Position numbers and translations under genes: made by a program. From Entomortierella parvispora E1425 (Eukaryota; Fungi; Mortierellomycota), in the NCBI GenBank assembly GCA_020891255.1, contig BQFW01000009.1, positions 1,736,001-1,800,000 of the forward strand: a DNA stretch of 64,000 nt. The letters run 5' to 3'. The notes beneath the pieces are model-generated. The model ran no database searches, was not told where the DNA came from, and saw nothing but the letters and a program-made list of their open reading frames with translations. Shown piece after piece: positions 1-12,147 of this stretch; the stretch's first letter is position 1; each line of letters opens with the position of its first letter.

Positions 1-753
1 CCAGCCAAACAAACAATTGCCCAGAGCAACCCTCCCCAACTTTGGGCACCGGCCCGTCTCTGTCGTGGCTCGGTCCAACAAGAAATCCCCCCTGGGACAG
101 AAAAAAGAAAGTGATCGGAATCTCAAAAGGATCTTTGGGTTCGTGGCACCTTGAAAAAAAAAAGGAAAAGGGCAGTAGGCGCGCGCGCGCAGCCCATAGT
201 GGACGACTTGGACTGGACTTTTTTTTTCTCTTCCCAGAACCCAAACAAGGAAAGTGAGGACAGGGGGTTTGGAAGGAAGGAAACAAGGGGCACAGTCAAA
301 GGGGTGGGGGGAGAGATAGGACGACAAGGAGCTGGTTACAACGCACACAAAGACTTTGCTGCAATATGACCATTTTGATCATTAGAGTGCAGAACACAAG
401 GAAAGGGCCATGGGGGATAGGGAATAAAGAAAGCCGAGAAAAAGGAGCATGAGCATGGGCACGGATCATTTCCATGGGGCTTTGTGCCTGTGCACTTTTG
501 TGTTCTCTTTTTTTTTTGTCCTTGGCCATTGGTATGGTCTTCCCAAAAGAAAAAGAAAAAACTCAGAACATGCGAGAGCAAAGGAAAGCGACTGGATGGT
601 GATGTGCCTTTTGCTCTTTGTACGCATGTGGTCTGCAGAAAATCCAAGACGAAAAAAATGTGGATCGCGATTGTTCTGTTGGGGAGAGCAGGGAGTAGGA
701 TGGCGGAGATGTAGTGATGTGGATTAAGGCAGAAAGGTTTTCCTTTTTGTTAC

Positions 754-1479
754 CTTTTGCAGCAACTGGCAGCTTGCTCTTTAGACGCGCCAAGTAGACC
801 AAAGTGGGCAACAATGTCGAGGCCTGCACGTTCGAGTTCAAGACCAATATCCGGATAAAGTCGTTCAAAGGAGGTACGACAATGGCAGTTGGTTCAGAAC
901 TGCTACTTGAGCAGTGGAGGCTGCTGTTGTCATTGGTGTCAGGGGAGTTGTTGTTGCTGTTGGAGATGCTGCGGGTGGCCGGTGTGGAAGGTGGCGAGGG
1001 GAAGGTGTGGCTGCTAGGGGAGGTAGGGGAAACTGGTACTGCTGGGATGGAGGATGGGGGCGGACTGCACTCAATCACGGTCGCTGCGTACGAGGCAATG
1101 TGATCTATTGGGAAGGGCGTAGATGGGATGGTGGCAAAATCAAAGAAATAGCAAAAAGGCGGTGTTAGCATGGGATTCTTTGCTTTCCTTGGGTATTGCG
1201 GCCAACAAGGCAGGCAATTGAGGCACAGCCTTTGGCAGTATCCTCCCTCGCCAACCGCAACAGCCATTGATCCGGATGGCCCATTACAGCCGGGCTTTTT
1301 GGGACTGGCTGCAGCGTTTTTGAGAACAAGAATGTTGCGTAGGGTATTGACGTGTGAAGGTAGAGTGCCAGCGAAAGAGGGAGTGATGACCTACCGATCA
1401 TTTGTTGGGTGACAGGGCCACGAAAAAGCTTCTCCAGCGAGCGACTGGAGTAAGACTTTTGGTCTGCTAGGGATGGCAT
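754..1479 (-). CDS. Pho85-type (Pcl1/Pcl2-like) cyclin, 3'-partial; exons 1479-1395 and 1104-754, next exon not found in window
   Basis: Spliced N-terminus MPSLADQKSYSSRSLEKLFRGPVTQQMI|DHIASYAATVIEC (GT-AG intron 1394-1105, phases match). The cyclin-box start PPLNDFIRILVLNSNVQASTLLPTLVYLARLKSKLPVAAKG resembles Pcl1/2 cyclins. There is a GTAACA donor at 753. The expected continuation (HRIFL-type motif) is not visible in 1-750, so the gene presumably runs off the left edge. The ORF-track tail to 563 is intron read-through. Confidence 0.85.
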
Positions 1480-4400
1480 TGTGGGTATGTATGAGTGTGT
1501 TTCTGTTGGGAGACGAGGAGCGGAGTGTCGCGAGTGTTCTGAAGGCGCGAGGTGGGAGGGAAGGAGCAGAGAGAGAGGAGGAAGTGTGTTTGTGCTCGTG
1601 GACAAGTAGAAGAAGAGTGGGGGAAGGGTGGGGGAAAGAGAGGGGCACAGTGGAGGAGGAGATACGTCGAAGGTGTTGAGAAGTATCGAACGAGCGAGAA
1701 GAGCAAAGGAAAGAAGGACGAGGTGAAGGAGAATAAAAAACGGAAAGTGGACGGTGCGAGAGGACCAGAGGGTCGGCCCCTTTTATACTCGATTCTCGAT
1801 TGAATTGGGCCTATTGTAAACGCTCTGTGCGGCGAGACTCTTCCGCGTCTCCCTATTCTGTCAATTCAATCAGAGGATCGCAATTCAATCGCGGGGCGCC
1901 TATTGAATAGACGACTCTTCATCAGCAACGTACTCTCAAACAGCAAACAAAGAACCGGCAAGAAAACTCTTTGGAAAAGGGGCATGTACGAGCACGACGA
2001 GGGGGGGGGGGGGGATCATTCATGGGTATAATTATTATTGTAATTGCCACCCTGCCTGTATGAGTGCTCTGCTACATTCATCCTTAATTGCCATAATTGC
2101 AACGGGCGCCCATGGAACCGAGAAGGACTGGAGAAAAAATAACGGTGTTGAATTGCACTTTGGTCTTTCGAAGGTTGGCTTTCCCGGTTGCCAAGTACAG
2201 TACCACATCCTTACGGTCCCAATCTCATCAATTGAAGTTTGTGGTGCGTTAAGTATTTCCACTGCCTAGAATCCAGCCCCCTTCTCTCCCCTCTCTTTGT
2301 TGCTCCATCTTGACATGTCCCAAAACACGTCCCCACTTGTTTTTTTTACTCCAAGTCATCTTGGAGCTACCCTTGTACCCTTGGCTCAACAAAAAAACAG
2401 GGGCGGATGGACAGACTCGAACCGGAACCAATTGCACCGCGCAATGCTCGTTTCTGAGGCCGACTTTTGAGAGTCCACGGCGCCCACCCCCCCTCTGGAC
2501 TCGTCTCATTTACCTGTTCCATGTCTGATCGCGAGCGGCTCTCGTCCGTTGCAACAAGAGGGGGGGCCTTACAGAGGACTGAGAACAGTAGACATGCGAG
2601 AGCCATCCATTGACCCGATGATAAGAACGGGATCTTGCCATGTCATTGTTGCGCAATCACACAAAACTGGAATCTGCTCACTGTTTTTTTTGTCGTTGTT
2701 CAACTCCCCCTCTTCTCTTCCCCCTCCCCTCCCTCTCTCTTCTCTTTCTTTGTTCGGTTCATGGTTCAGCGCCTCCCTCTCCGCACGACAACAGACATGT
2801 TGCCTCCAGCGGATGACCCGGTGTAGTAGAAAAGGAGTCCGAAGTCTACCCATCGAAATCTTGAGGAACCATTGGGAAACAAAGAGCACAGTCCAAGGAA
2901 AAAAAAGGGATGGATTTGTGCTGTGAACACAAAGACACCGAGATCAGACCACAAACAGACCAACGCGGCCATTGAACCTGAACACAACGACAGGGTGAAG
3001 GAAAAAATGCGCCCAAGAGCGGCTGGGGGGGGGGGGGGGGAAGGCAGATACGCGAGCATGGAGAGTGGAAATGGAATGGACAAGCCTCCAAGGACATTGG
3101 CTGGATGAACCATTGGACTGCGCGAGAAGCATGAAAAGCAAAGGGCCAATGGCGCTCAACGCGTCTTTTTATTTTTCGGCCATTCCAGCGGTGTGCATTG
3201 CGCTCGACCACCACCCCCCGGAGGATCGAGCTGCGGGCCCTGGGCCCTGCCACAGAATCTTTCCTTCCCAGGACACCCACATGGACCCTTTAGGCACGTC
3301 CAATGCAAGCATGCTTCCAGCGACCGATTGATTCGGTGGAGACGGCTGCAACAGTCCAAGCCCAGTCGCGTCTCCCTTCGTTTCTCACTCGTTCGTTTAT
3401 TCATGCCTGGAGGCTCAACTTGTCGCAACGAACCATGTCCACATCCATGGTCCGATGCCCAAAGCCCCATGGTACAGGTGGAACCAAGTGACTCGAAAGG
3501 AGCTCTCAGACGGAATGGTATTCAATAAACTCTAATTTTCAATTCAGGGGCTTCCATGCTCGGTACTCTCTTTTCCTTGTTTTGTTGTCGATGGTTGCCT
3601 GCTGGATGTGCGTTCGAGCAGACGGGAAGAAAATATAGTGGACAGAGAAAATGGAGCTTGGACCAAGAGCCATTGTGCGGTCGGAAGATTACCGCGTTTG
3701 GTGCACCGCGACCTGCAGCCCGCCCGAGCTCAGTCAATGCCTTACTCTACCTGCACCCTGCCAGTGGCATTGCATGGCATAGCATCGCATGGCTTTGTTC
3801 GGTCCCGTTTGTGATGACGGCTCGTGTTGTTGTGTTTTTTTTTGTTTTGTTCACAAGAACTTTTGACTGTTTGGTACCAGCTCGGAGAAACTTGAGCATT
3901 GATGTCTGGATGGGATTTTTGTTGTGGTGGCAAACAAGTTCATATTCCAGAGACCCGACCTAGGCCAAGCCATCCGAGTGGTTTCTTGCAGAAAGAAAGA
4001 AAAAAAAAATAGTAACAAGAAAAAAGAAAATTCAAGGAGGTACTACGCAAACTTCAAGGCAAGGGATTAGTCTGCAGCTGAAGGGGAGAGGAGGGGGAGG
4101 GGATGGAGAGAAGGGGAGTCGAACAGAGGGGGGGGACAACTCGAGTCGGTTGATTGTCTCTTGATCTCTACGCTGTCGATCTTTCCTCTCAGTCTTCCCT
4201 TTATTTTTGTTCATATTGCGATTCAGCTCTGCTTGGTACCAGGCGTCCGAGGGTATGATCCATGGGTGGGGGTTATTTTTGAAGGACCAGTCAATGGTAA
4301 CTTCTGCAGGATCCCGGAGGTTTCCAACTTTACAGACCCCACAATGCGCGTGTGGTGCGTTGCTTCTGTCACAAGGTCTGCGTCTCCTGTGTCGCAACGG

Positions 4401-7400
4401 ACAAGGGCAACGGAGCGAGCAACCCAAAAAAAAAGAGAGAGAAAAAAAGGATAGGAACTGTGGCGCACATTCGCACCCACCACCACCGTCCCCCCACTCC
4501 ACGACCACCACCGGCAAACACCACGACATTCTTCCGACACAATAGTCAGGTCCGGTGGTGTCTCAGTAATGAGCCGTTTCTAACCATCGTAGTTCGAGAC
4601 CTTGAGGAAGGAAAGGCTGTTCTCATTCTGCAGACCGAGGACCCATGCTCGACTCCTACCCAACGATTCGCCCCGGAGGTGGTCAAGAAGGTTCAAGTGT
4701 CTCAGCTCTTTTTATTCCAGCTTTTGTTCCTAAACCTTTTTCCCTAATAGATGGCGCGACCATGATGAATCTGGAACCTCGCGTTTTGAATCGAGATGAT
4801 TGAAAATGACTCCGCCTTTTCCCTTCTTGCATAGAAGTCGCCCCCCTCTCCTGCGTTCCTGACAAAAATAAAACCCTTTTCGCTTGCGAATGCAAGGAAA
4901 TAGCGTCATGTCATCAATGACATATCTACCCAATTGTGCAGGCGGCAGCCAGATAGACCGTCAGAGAGATAGACACACGCATACAGAGAGAGAGAGAGAC
5001 AGAAATGACAGAGAAAAGCAAGTGGGGAAGGAGAGTGAGAGACATCTTGCAGCGTGGAGCCAAAGTTAGCGTTCCTGCGCTGGCTGCGTTTCGCGTCCTT
5101 GTTTCTATCGTGTCATGTCCTGTCTTGTCCTCTGTCTTGGCAATGTGGCCACCTCCCTGTCTTCCTGTCTATCTATCTATCTGTCTATTTTTCCGTCCAT
5201 CTATCGGTCAGCGGGCAACCCTCGCATCTACTCTACATGGAACACGCAAGCACGTCTGCCTATCCCTCTATTTTTCTTCTCACGGAGGCGGACTGCAGCT
5301 CCCTCGTTTTTTTTTTTTTTTTTTTTTTACCTCATTCTCTGTCTGCCATGTTTTGGGCTGGCCAAACTGGCAAAGCAGACCCGACAAGGCCGTTGGTATA
5401 GAGCAACTGAGAGCCAATTGACTTGAACGATAGCGCGCCAGCGCGCAGCAGCCAAAAAAACAGAAAACAAAATAGACGGGGGAGAGAGAGGAGGAGGGAG
5501 AGGGAGGCTCCAAAAAGACAAGGGTCTCATGACGGAAATGTGCGTGATGACCATCGTCTACAGCTCCCACAGCAGCAGCAGGGACTGAGCCTTGAAAAAG
5601 GATGAATGCACCCCAATTGCCTCAAGTGTCTTTTCGAGTCCAAGTCATGTGTAGTACGTCAACCGTCTTACAGCCAGCCTGGTTACCTTCAAACGGGACA
5701 AAAAAAAACAAACAAACAAACAAACCGGACATGCTTAGGTAAAAAAAAAATCTCCAATCATTGAGAAAAGCAAGGATCCCTTCTTCAACAATCGCAATCG
5801 GTTTTTTTTTTCTTCTTCTCCCTGTCCAATAACATTTTCCAAGAGAGCTAGGGTCATTCAGTGCTCTCATACATCTGTTTCTCACCCAACAGTTCGCATC
5901 TTTGGCCTGAGCGAAGAGAAAAAAAAAATAAAACCTCGGCATCCCATCGGGCTCCATGAGTCAACTCCGTGGTGTTTGGCACTGTTTCCGAGAGCCAATT
6001 GGGGTCTAGCACTTTATCGCCGTAAAGTTTCCTTGGAGCTTTTGCATAGAGGGGAACCACCTTTTTCTTTCCCTTTACTTTTTTTTCCCTTTTGGTGTAA
6101 AGCCCATGGGCCAACGCAAACAGGTCATTGGACTCCTAAGCAGGGATGGGACAATGGGCTGGACAAGGTTTTTCGTTTCCAGTCGGGCCAGGGTCGAAGG
6201 TTTGGTTTGCAATGGTCCACGGGATGCGATGGTCGACCCCAAACCGCATCTGAGAGCCATGGTCATCACTGTTGCTGTCGTAACCCTTCTTTGTTAGTTT
6301 TCTTGCGGGCGCCCATCGTCCGCCTTTCGCGCTTGGATTATTTTTCCGCCCCACACAACTTCATGTTACACTGGGATGTTTGACCTGCAAATCGGCCATT
6401 CTTCAATTTTGCCCCAACAACACAACACAAGAAGTTCATTGTGCGAAGGAAAATAAAAACATAAAAAGTGGCCTGCTGTTCAAAGTGCTCTCTACCATCT
6501 TTTTTGATTTTGGTTCCTGATTTCCCACAGGAAAGAAAAGACAAAAAAAAAAAAAACCAAGAAAGAGCTATGGCAAAGCAAGTATATTACGAGCATCTCA
6601 CAACAGCCTACATGTACATCATAATGATTGATGGGGATGCTCTCCTGTTCCGTCTTTCCACCTTGAAAGAAGTTTGCTGAAGAGAGCAAAAGGAGAGGCC
6701 GTTTGTTTTTAACGTTCCATCTCTTTCTCTCGCTCACTTGGTGTATATTCCTCTGAGACAAAGATCATCTTCTTGAGCCAAGGTACTTACGTGATTGGTA
6801 CCTTGGACCCATCCTCTATTTTTTTTCTTTCTGATCTCAAAACCTGCTCACTTTGGTGTTCCAAAAGAACAAGAATGAGCTACAGTCCCCTAGTTGTTTG
6901 AGGAAAGAAAAAAAAAAGATGAACCATGTGGCCTGTGCGTCCTTTTGCTCAAATTTGTGGATGGTGGCACAAACTGTGGGCAAAAGACAAAAAAGACCCA
7001 GAAATTTTATTATTTTTAGTAAAAAAACCCTTTGGGATGGTTCAGGGGGCTAAGAGAGAATGAAGGGGAGGGGGAAAGGAAGGACCAGGAGTGGATTTGG
7101 CAGAGTGGCTAGGACCGTGGCATTCAGGAACCAAACATTGGAAGGAGTGGGGGTAGGGGGGGCGAGGAAGGGGGTGTTAAAAAGAGGCCCAAGAGGCCAA
7201 AGGGTCCAAGACAGCGCTCTATGTGGAACTGCGACTAAAAGGTCTCTGAGCAGGGGCCAGGGTTTAGGGAGGGGAAGATACCACTGAAGGCTCAACTACG
7301 AAGAGGGAGGCTACAAGGAGGAAATAACGAGTCTACAGGGGGAAGGAGAACGAGAAGATATGTATTTCTACCATCGGCTCTGTCCGTTGCCAATAGGAAG

Positions 7401-8905
7401 GCGATCGACTCGATTTCGGGGTGTTTTCTGTATTCGTTTTGTTAGGTTGCTGACACTCTTTTGTCAAGTCTGTGTGCTGCGCACGTTTGTCAGCCAAGCA
7501 GGGGCCTATAAAACACGGAGTAAAAAACAGCTATTCCAACAAAAAAAGAAACGGTTCTGACACCCCTGAAAGAGAGTGGCTGCGACCGATAAAAAACTAG
7601 GGGGTCAATGACGAACAAGTCGGCAATGGCGACACACAACGGTCCGATCGCCATCTGTTGACAAGTAAGTATGTCAGCTGCTGCTAGTCTATCTTTTTGG
7701 AAGGGATGGAGGATTGAGTTTCATGGACAATGCAAACTCAGTGCCACCACCAAGGAGGTTAGCCGTTGAAGAACGAAACAAAGGGGTCCAGACTTCAGAC
7801 AACTGATGACTGACAGACCGACAAAGGGAATGCGGCGCCGAAGAACAGAAAAGAGAGTTGAACAGACTGACAGAAGGGCAAATGGCCAGCTGTTTCCGGT
7901 GACCTGTGCGCTGTTGCATTATGAACACCACGCCCACGCGCCATGTTGCGCACAAACCCAAAGCGGAATGTAATTCTCCGGCCAACGAGTCACAGGTTCC
8001 GCATTGAAGACTTTATTTATCTCGATACCAAATACCCTCTTGTCTTCTCTGACTAACCCGCCCTTTCTCCACAAGTCCCTGACCATCTTGATCATCTGCG
8101 TGAGCGATCTCTGCGCACCTTTTTGAGACCTCTTTTTTCAGTTCAAAGGAAAAAGAGTAGGCACCCCTCTCTTTGCACGAAAAGCTCTGTGCCCAAGACT
8201 CACTTTCTTTGATTGGTCTTGGACCGTAACCTTTTTGGGGCAAAACGCAAAACTTTTCCACGGCCTCTAGCCTCGATTGTCAACTCTCTTTTTTTGCCTT
8301 TCACCCTGTTTCGGTCAATGCTCAAGGCACGTTGTCGTTGTTGTTCATCCCGCAATCGTTGCCGTCGTCGTCCCGTGTGTGCCAAAGGTTATTTTTCCTC
8401 CGATGCCCTGCTGCTGGGCAATGTCTTGCATATTCCAGCGTTTTCTCGTCGAAAATTTTTGCAAATCGTTACCTCTTTTGGCTCTTTATGGACGGCAGGT
8501 ACTTTGGAAGCAAGGGCACTTTCTGGTCTCGACCTTAGACTCAACAGGCTACAATTCCTCTCGATAGTCAGGGTCCCTGTGCGCGAGACACGGGGACGCT
8601 TGTGTTTAATTGCCTTTAGAGGGCAAAAAAAGCTATGTTGTTACCCTGCACAAGGCTTCCTCACTGTCCAGTCCGCTCGCCCTTGCTGTTCCTCCCTTCG
8701 AACATTCTTCACTTCCTTGCTTTGCAAATCTGCTTTGCAAATCAGACAGACAGACACCAAAGAAAAGGCGACAATTGGTACTTTTATTCTGGTATGGAAT
8801 TGACGAAAGAGATGGTGGTATAAGTGAAAGACGTTGGACGGAACCAGTCCTGTCGGATATATGAGTGGGATAGATAAAAAGGGCACAGGGCTGTCACTTT
8901 GTGCT

Positions 8906-10092
8906 TTAGTGGCCCCAAGACGCCGCAAAGAGCTCCTCTTCCGAAGGTGAGGGCTCATCCTCATCATACGACTGGACCTCGTGATCATTCTCAAACAAGT
9001 CTTTATCTCCGTCAGGATGTCCTGTGAGATCAAAGTACTCCTCTGACTTCATCTCCTCAATCCAGTCCTGCAGACCAGCCTCGTTGTCCAATCGACGCTC
9101 TTCATCCAGCTCATCTTCGTCCTGCTCCTCGTCCTCCTCTTCTTCATCATCTTCCTCATCTCCCTCTTCATTCTCATCCTCTTCGCCATACTCATCAATC
9201 TCTTCATCGTCTTGGATTTCATCATCGCCTTGAATGTGCTCAAAGAGGGCCTCCACACCTCCGTTCACCTCGGGTTCCTCAAGGTCGATATTAATATCAC
9301 CGTCGGCCGAAATTCGGAAAAAGTTGTCGCTCTCCAAGTCATCCACTTCCTCGTCCTGCTCATCCTCCTCCTCCTCCTCGTCGGATCGCTTGCCCAATGG
9401 GCGACGAACATCCCCTCGTCGGCCACCTCGCGGGTGCAATTGCAGGGCAGGGACGTTTGAATCGACTTGTGCAGCCGAAACAACGGCTGCGGAAGCCTTC
9501 CTGGCCTTGAGGTCGTCATTGAGCGACAGGTGAGGATTCTTGTTGTAGATCACAGCTCGCTTCTGGGGGGGCTGGTTGCGTCGAGGTGCCATATGATGTC
9601 TCGACGAGTCCCCGCCTCGTGCGCCTCCGGCTCTGAACTGAATTGGAACTGGCAGTTCTGGATCGTCTCGCTTGGACTTGGCACCTAGCAATGATCATGG
9701 CAGTGGATGAGAGGCCGTTAATATTGTGAGCATTCATATGTCTTTTTGCGCCTTTCAAAAAAAAAAAAAAAGAGGAGTGTCGAGACATCTGCGTGATGAA
9801 AGAGAACGCAGTCACGTCATTTGCTGGGCTCTGGCCATTTCCCAACGGTCAGCCGACGACTTGGCAAATGGCCTTGGTGGGTGTCAAAGAGGAGCTTGCT
9901 GAAGGAGCCGTGCAGGGCATCTTTACCTGTCCAGATGGGTGGCGACCTGTACTTCTCATAGTCGACGACAACTTCGTCCTCCAGGGAAGCAGCTGCAGCC
10001 GCTGCTGCTTGGGCAGGATGGACCATCGAGGTCGAGGTCATGACAGCGAGAGCCAATCCGACGGTAAGAATGAGTTTGGAGGAGAGGGTCAT
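8906..10092 (-). CDS. Secreted, highly acidic low-complexity protein, 314 aa; exons 10092-9927 and 9684-8906
   Basis: Signal-peptide-like start MTLSSKLILTVGLALAVMTSTSMVHPAQA. Canonical AG|GTAAAG donor at 9926 and TGCTAG acceptor at 9685, both phase 1, giving PPIWT-G-AKSKRDDP. Total 945 nt is a whole number of codons. Long Asp/Glu tract. Joins ORF-track entries 9817..10092 and 8906..9691. Confidence 0.75.
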
Positions 10093-10528
10093 GGTAAGTC
10101 CAAGTGTGTGGGTTGGTATGTATGTTCAAAATGTGTTGTTCTCTCTGTAGGTGGGCTTGAGAGTGTTTGTTGTGGGAGAGTGATGGATTAAGTGGAAGAG
10201 ACATGCAAAACCCTGCGAAACCTCATGTCGAGAGGGCTGAATTCATCTGCGCCCCGTAAGCCGGCAACGTGGAGGAGTGACAATCGCTCCCGACCGGGTT
10301 CAAAGGTCCAAGTTTTGCAGATCATGTATTCCATGCATAGTTTGCCTCGCCTGCCTTCCACGCAGGCTTGGTGGCAACGTTTGATAGTTACTGTGCATGG
10401 TCTTCAATGCAATTACTGCTTCTCTTTGACTGGTCCTTTCTTGATGTGCTGCGAGAATACGTGCTGTCGCTATTGGCGCTGAAAATTCGATCCCGGTCCG
10501 GGCCAGGCAGCGGTACTGTGGATCGTCA

Positions 10529-10902
10529 TTGATAGACCCAAAGAGTCAACAGATCATATTTTCAAACTCATGTACTTTGGAGACCATCTTCGCAGAGCGT
10601 GTCGAACTTGAATGGGGCCATCGTCATCACTCACAACTTCCACACTATCGTGCCTACAGGAAAGCACGTAAAGGACTTTGGACTGAGGATCTCACTTGGT
10701 CGAGGTTTGGATAAACTGTAGAATGCTGCATCGATTGGAAACGTACGTTGGGCCACAATTGCACCGCACATCCCAGTGGAAGGAAGCTGAGGCACGCTGG
10801 ATACTCCAACACTGGACCAACTTGAGGACACTCCGAGAAGTCTGCGTGAATGGGGTAGCAAATCACCTTTTGTGGTTTCGCGTATCCGGATACCGACATT
10901 GA
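10529..10902 (+). pseudogene. Possible degenerate fragment of an F-box/LRR-type gene
   Basis: Two overlapping short ORFs in different frames (...GLWTEDLTWS / ...KEAEARWILQHWTNLRTLRE). As I recall, these resemble the C-terminal WMxEHWPxL-type motif of expanded Mucoromycota F-box/LRR proteins. No intact gene model. Confidence 0.3.
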
Positions 10903-12147
10903 ATAAAATGTGTTGTCCAGACTGTTGTTCTAGAGAGGCATTGTACTTTCTAATGGAATAGTATCATCTGGGCAGCCGGGCGGTATAGTGTCTGGTCGTC
11001 ACATTCCGCTTTAGTGCAAGTACCATGTATCTCCAACCCCCATATAATCATCCTCTGTTCCACCCGAAGGTTTGGTTGCTTGGCAAAGGACTCAGATGCC
11101 CGTTTGCAGAGAATAGCCTGTGTGAAAGATGGTCCCCAACCCAACCCAACTATCTAGTCACCGCTCTGCAATTTGGCCCAAGGTGAGGTATCAAAGGAAG
11201 CAACTGTAGAGCTTTCGCCCTGACTCCTAACCAGACGTTATACCCTTGGCACCCACCAAGGCGGCCCCCCCACACATCACACACGAAAAAGAAATGCAGT
11301 TTTGTACCAGAGATCATTGAGAAGTTGGTCTTGTTGAAACAGGCGTTAATGGCCAAGCATGACACAGCAGCAACAAAACAAACAAAAGGGAAGTGGCGGT
11401 GCTAAAAGGACAATGCAAATGTGGCGAATTGGAGTTTCGAGCTAGCCGCACGGCCGCGGGAGCGCCCCATGGCCCCTACTCCGCCATCTTGGTCCACGGG
11501 ATTTTGCGTGGAGGTCATTGTTGTCAGAAGTGAACGGAAAGGCGCCGATAAGTCAACAAGCATTGAGGGTAGTAATATCTCTGTTGGAAGCGCTCTCCTC
11601 CCTACATGGTTCAGAGTCATCGGGAGCCATGAGCACAGATGGAAACATGGGAGAAAACTTTGCTGTGCGACGCGTTACTGGATTTCTTTAATGCTTTCTG
11701 GGCCTTTATTCTCCGAGTCGACTTTTGCATGGGACTACTTTTTCCAAACGCCAAGAAGTCGACGGATCTTCTTCTCCCCCTGGGAGATGCAGTGTCAGGA
11801 TTTGGCGGGACGCGGGAGGAGCGAAGCATTGCCCATGTTTTTCTTCTGGCAAAAAGAAAAGAAAAAAAAAAAGAGTTTGATTGGAATGATCCAGCACCAT
11901 GCGCTGTGGTCGTGTACTTCATGCAGGAGAGGGTGGGCACTGTTTCCGCCTGCAAGGAAAAGCAGGCAAAGCAGATTGGGAAAAAGTCATGATTCTTGAG
12001 AGCACCCCAAAGGTATAAAGCTGTGCTTTGTGTTTTCTTCCCTCTCAATGTCCTTCATTCTTACCATCACCTTTCTACAGTAAAAAAAAACAACCAAAAC
12101 AATAACAGCAACAACAGCAACAGCAAATAAAAAGAGAAAAAGCCAAC

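Noticed and set aside
563-753. C-terminal part of the 234-aa ORF as coding
   Set aside because: Cyclin similarity stops at a GT donor at 753, and the remaining translation is intron-like low complexity.
2060-2269. 69-aa ORF with a hydrophobic N-terminus as a small secreted peptide
   Set aside because: The signal peptide is weak and there is no splice or motif support; an ORF this short is expected by chance.
9817-9926. Stop read-through or an unusual GC donor near the end of the 91-aa signal-peptide ORF
   Set aside because: A canonical AG|GTAAAG donor at 9926 in the right phase explains the join; the rest of that ORF is intron.
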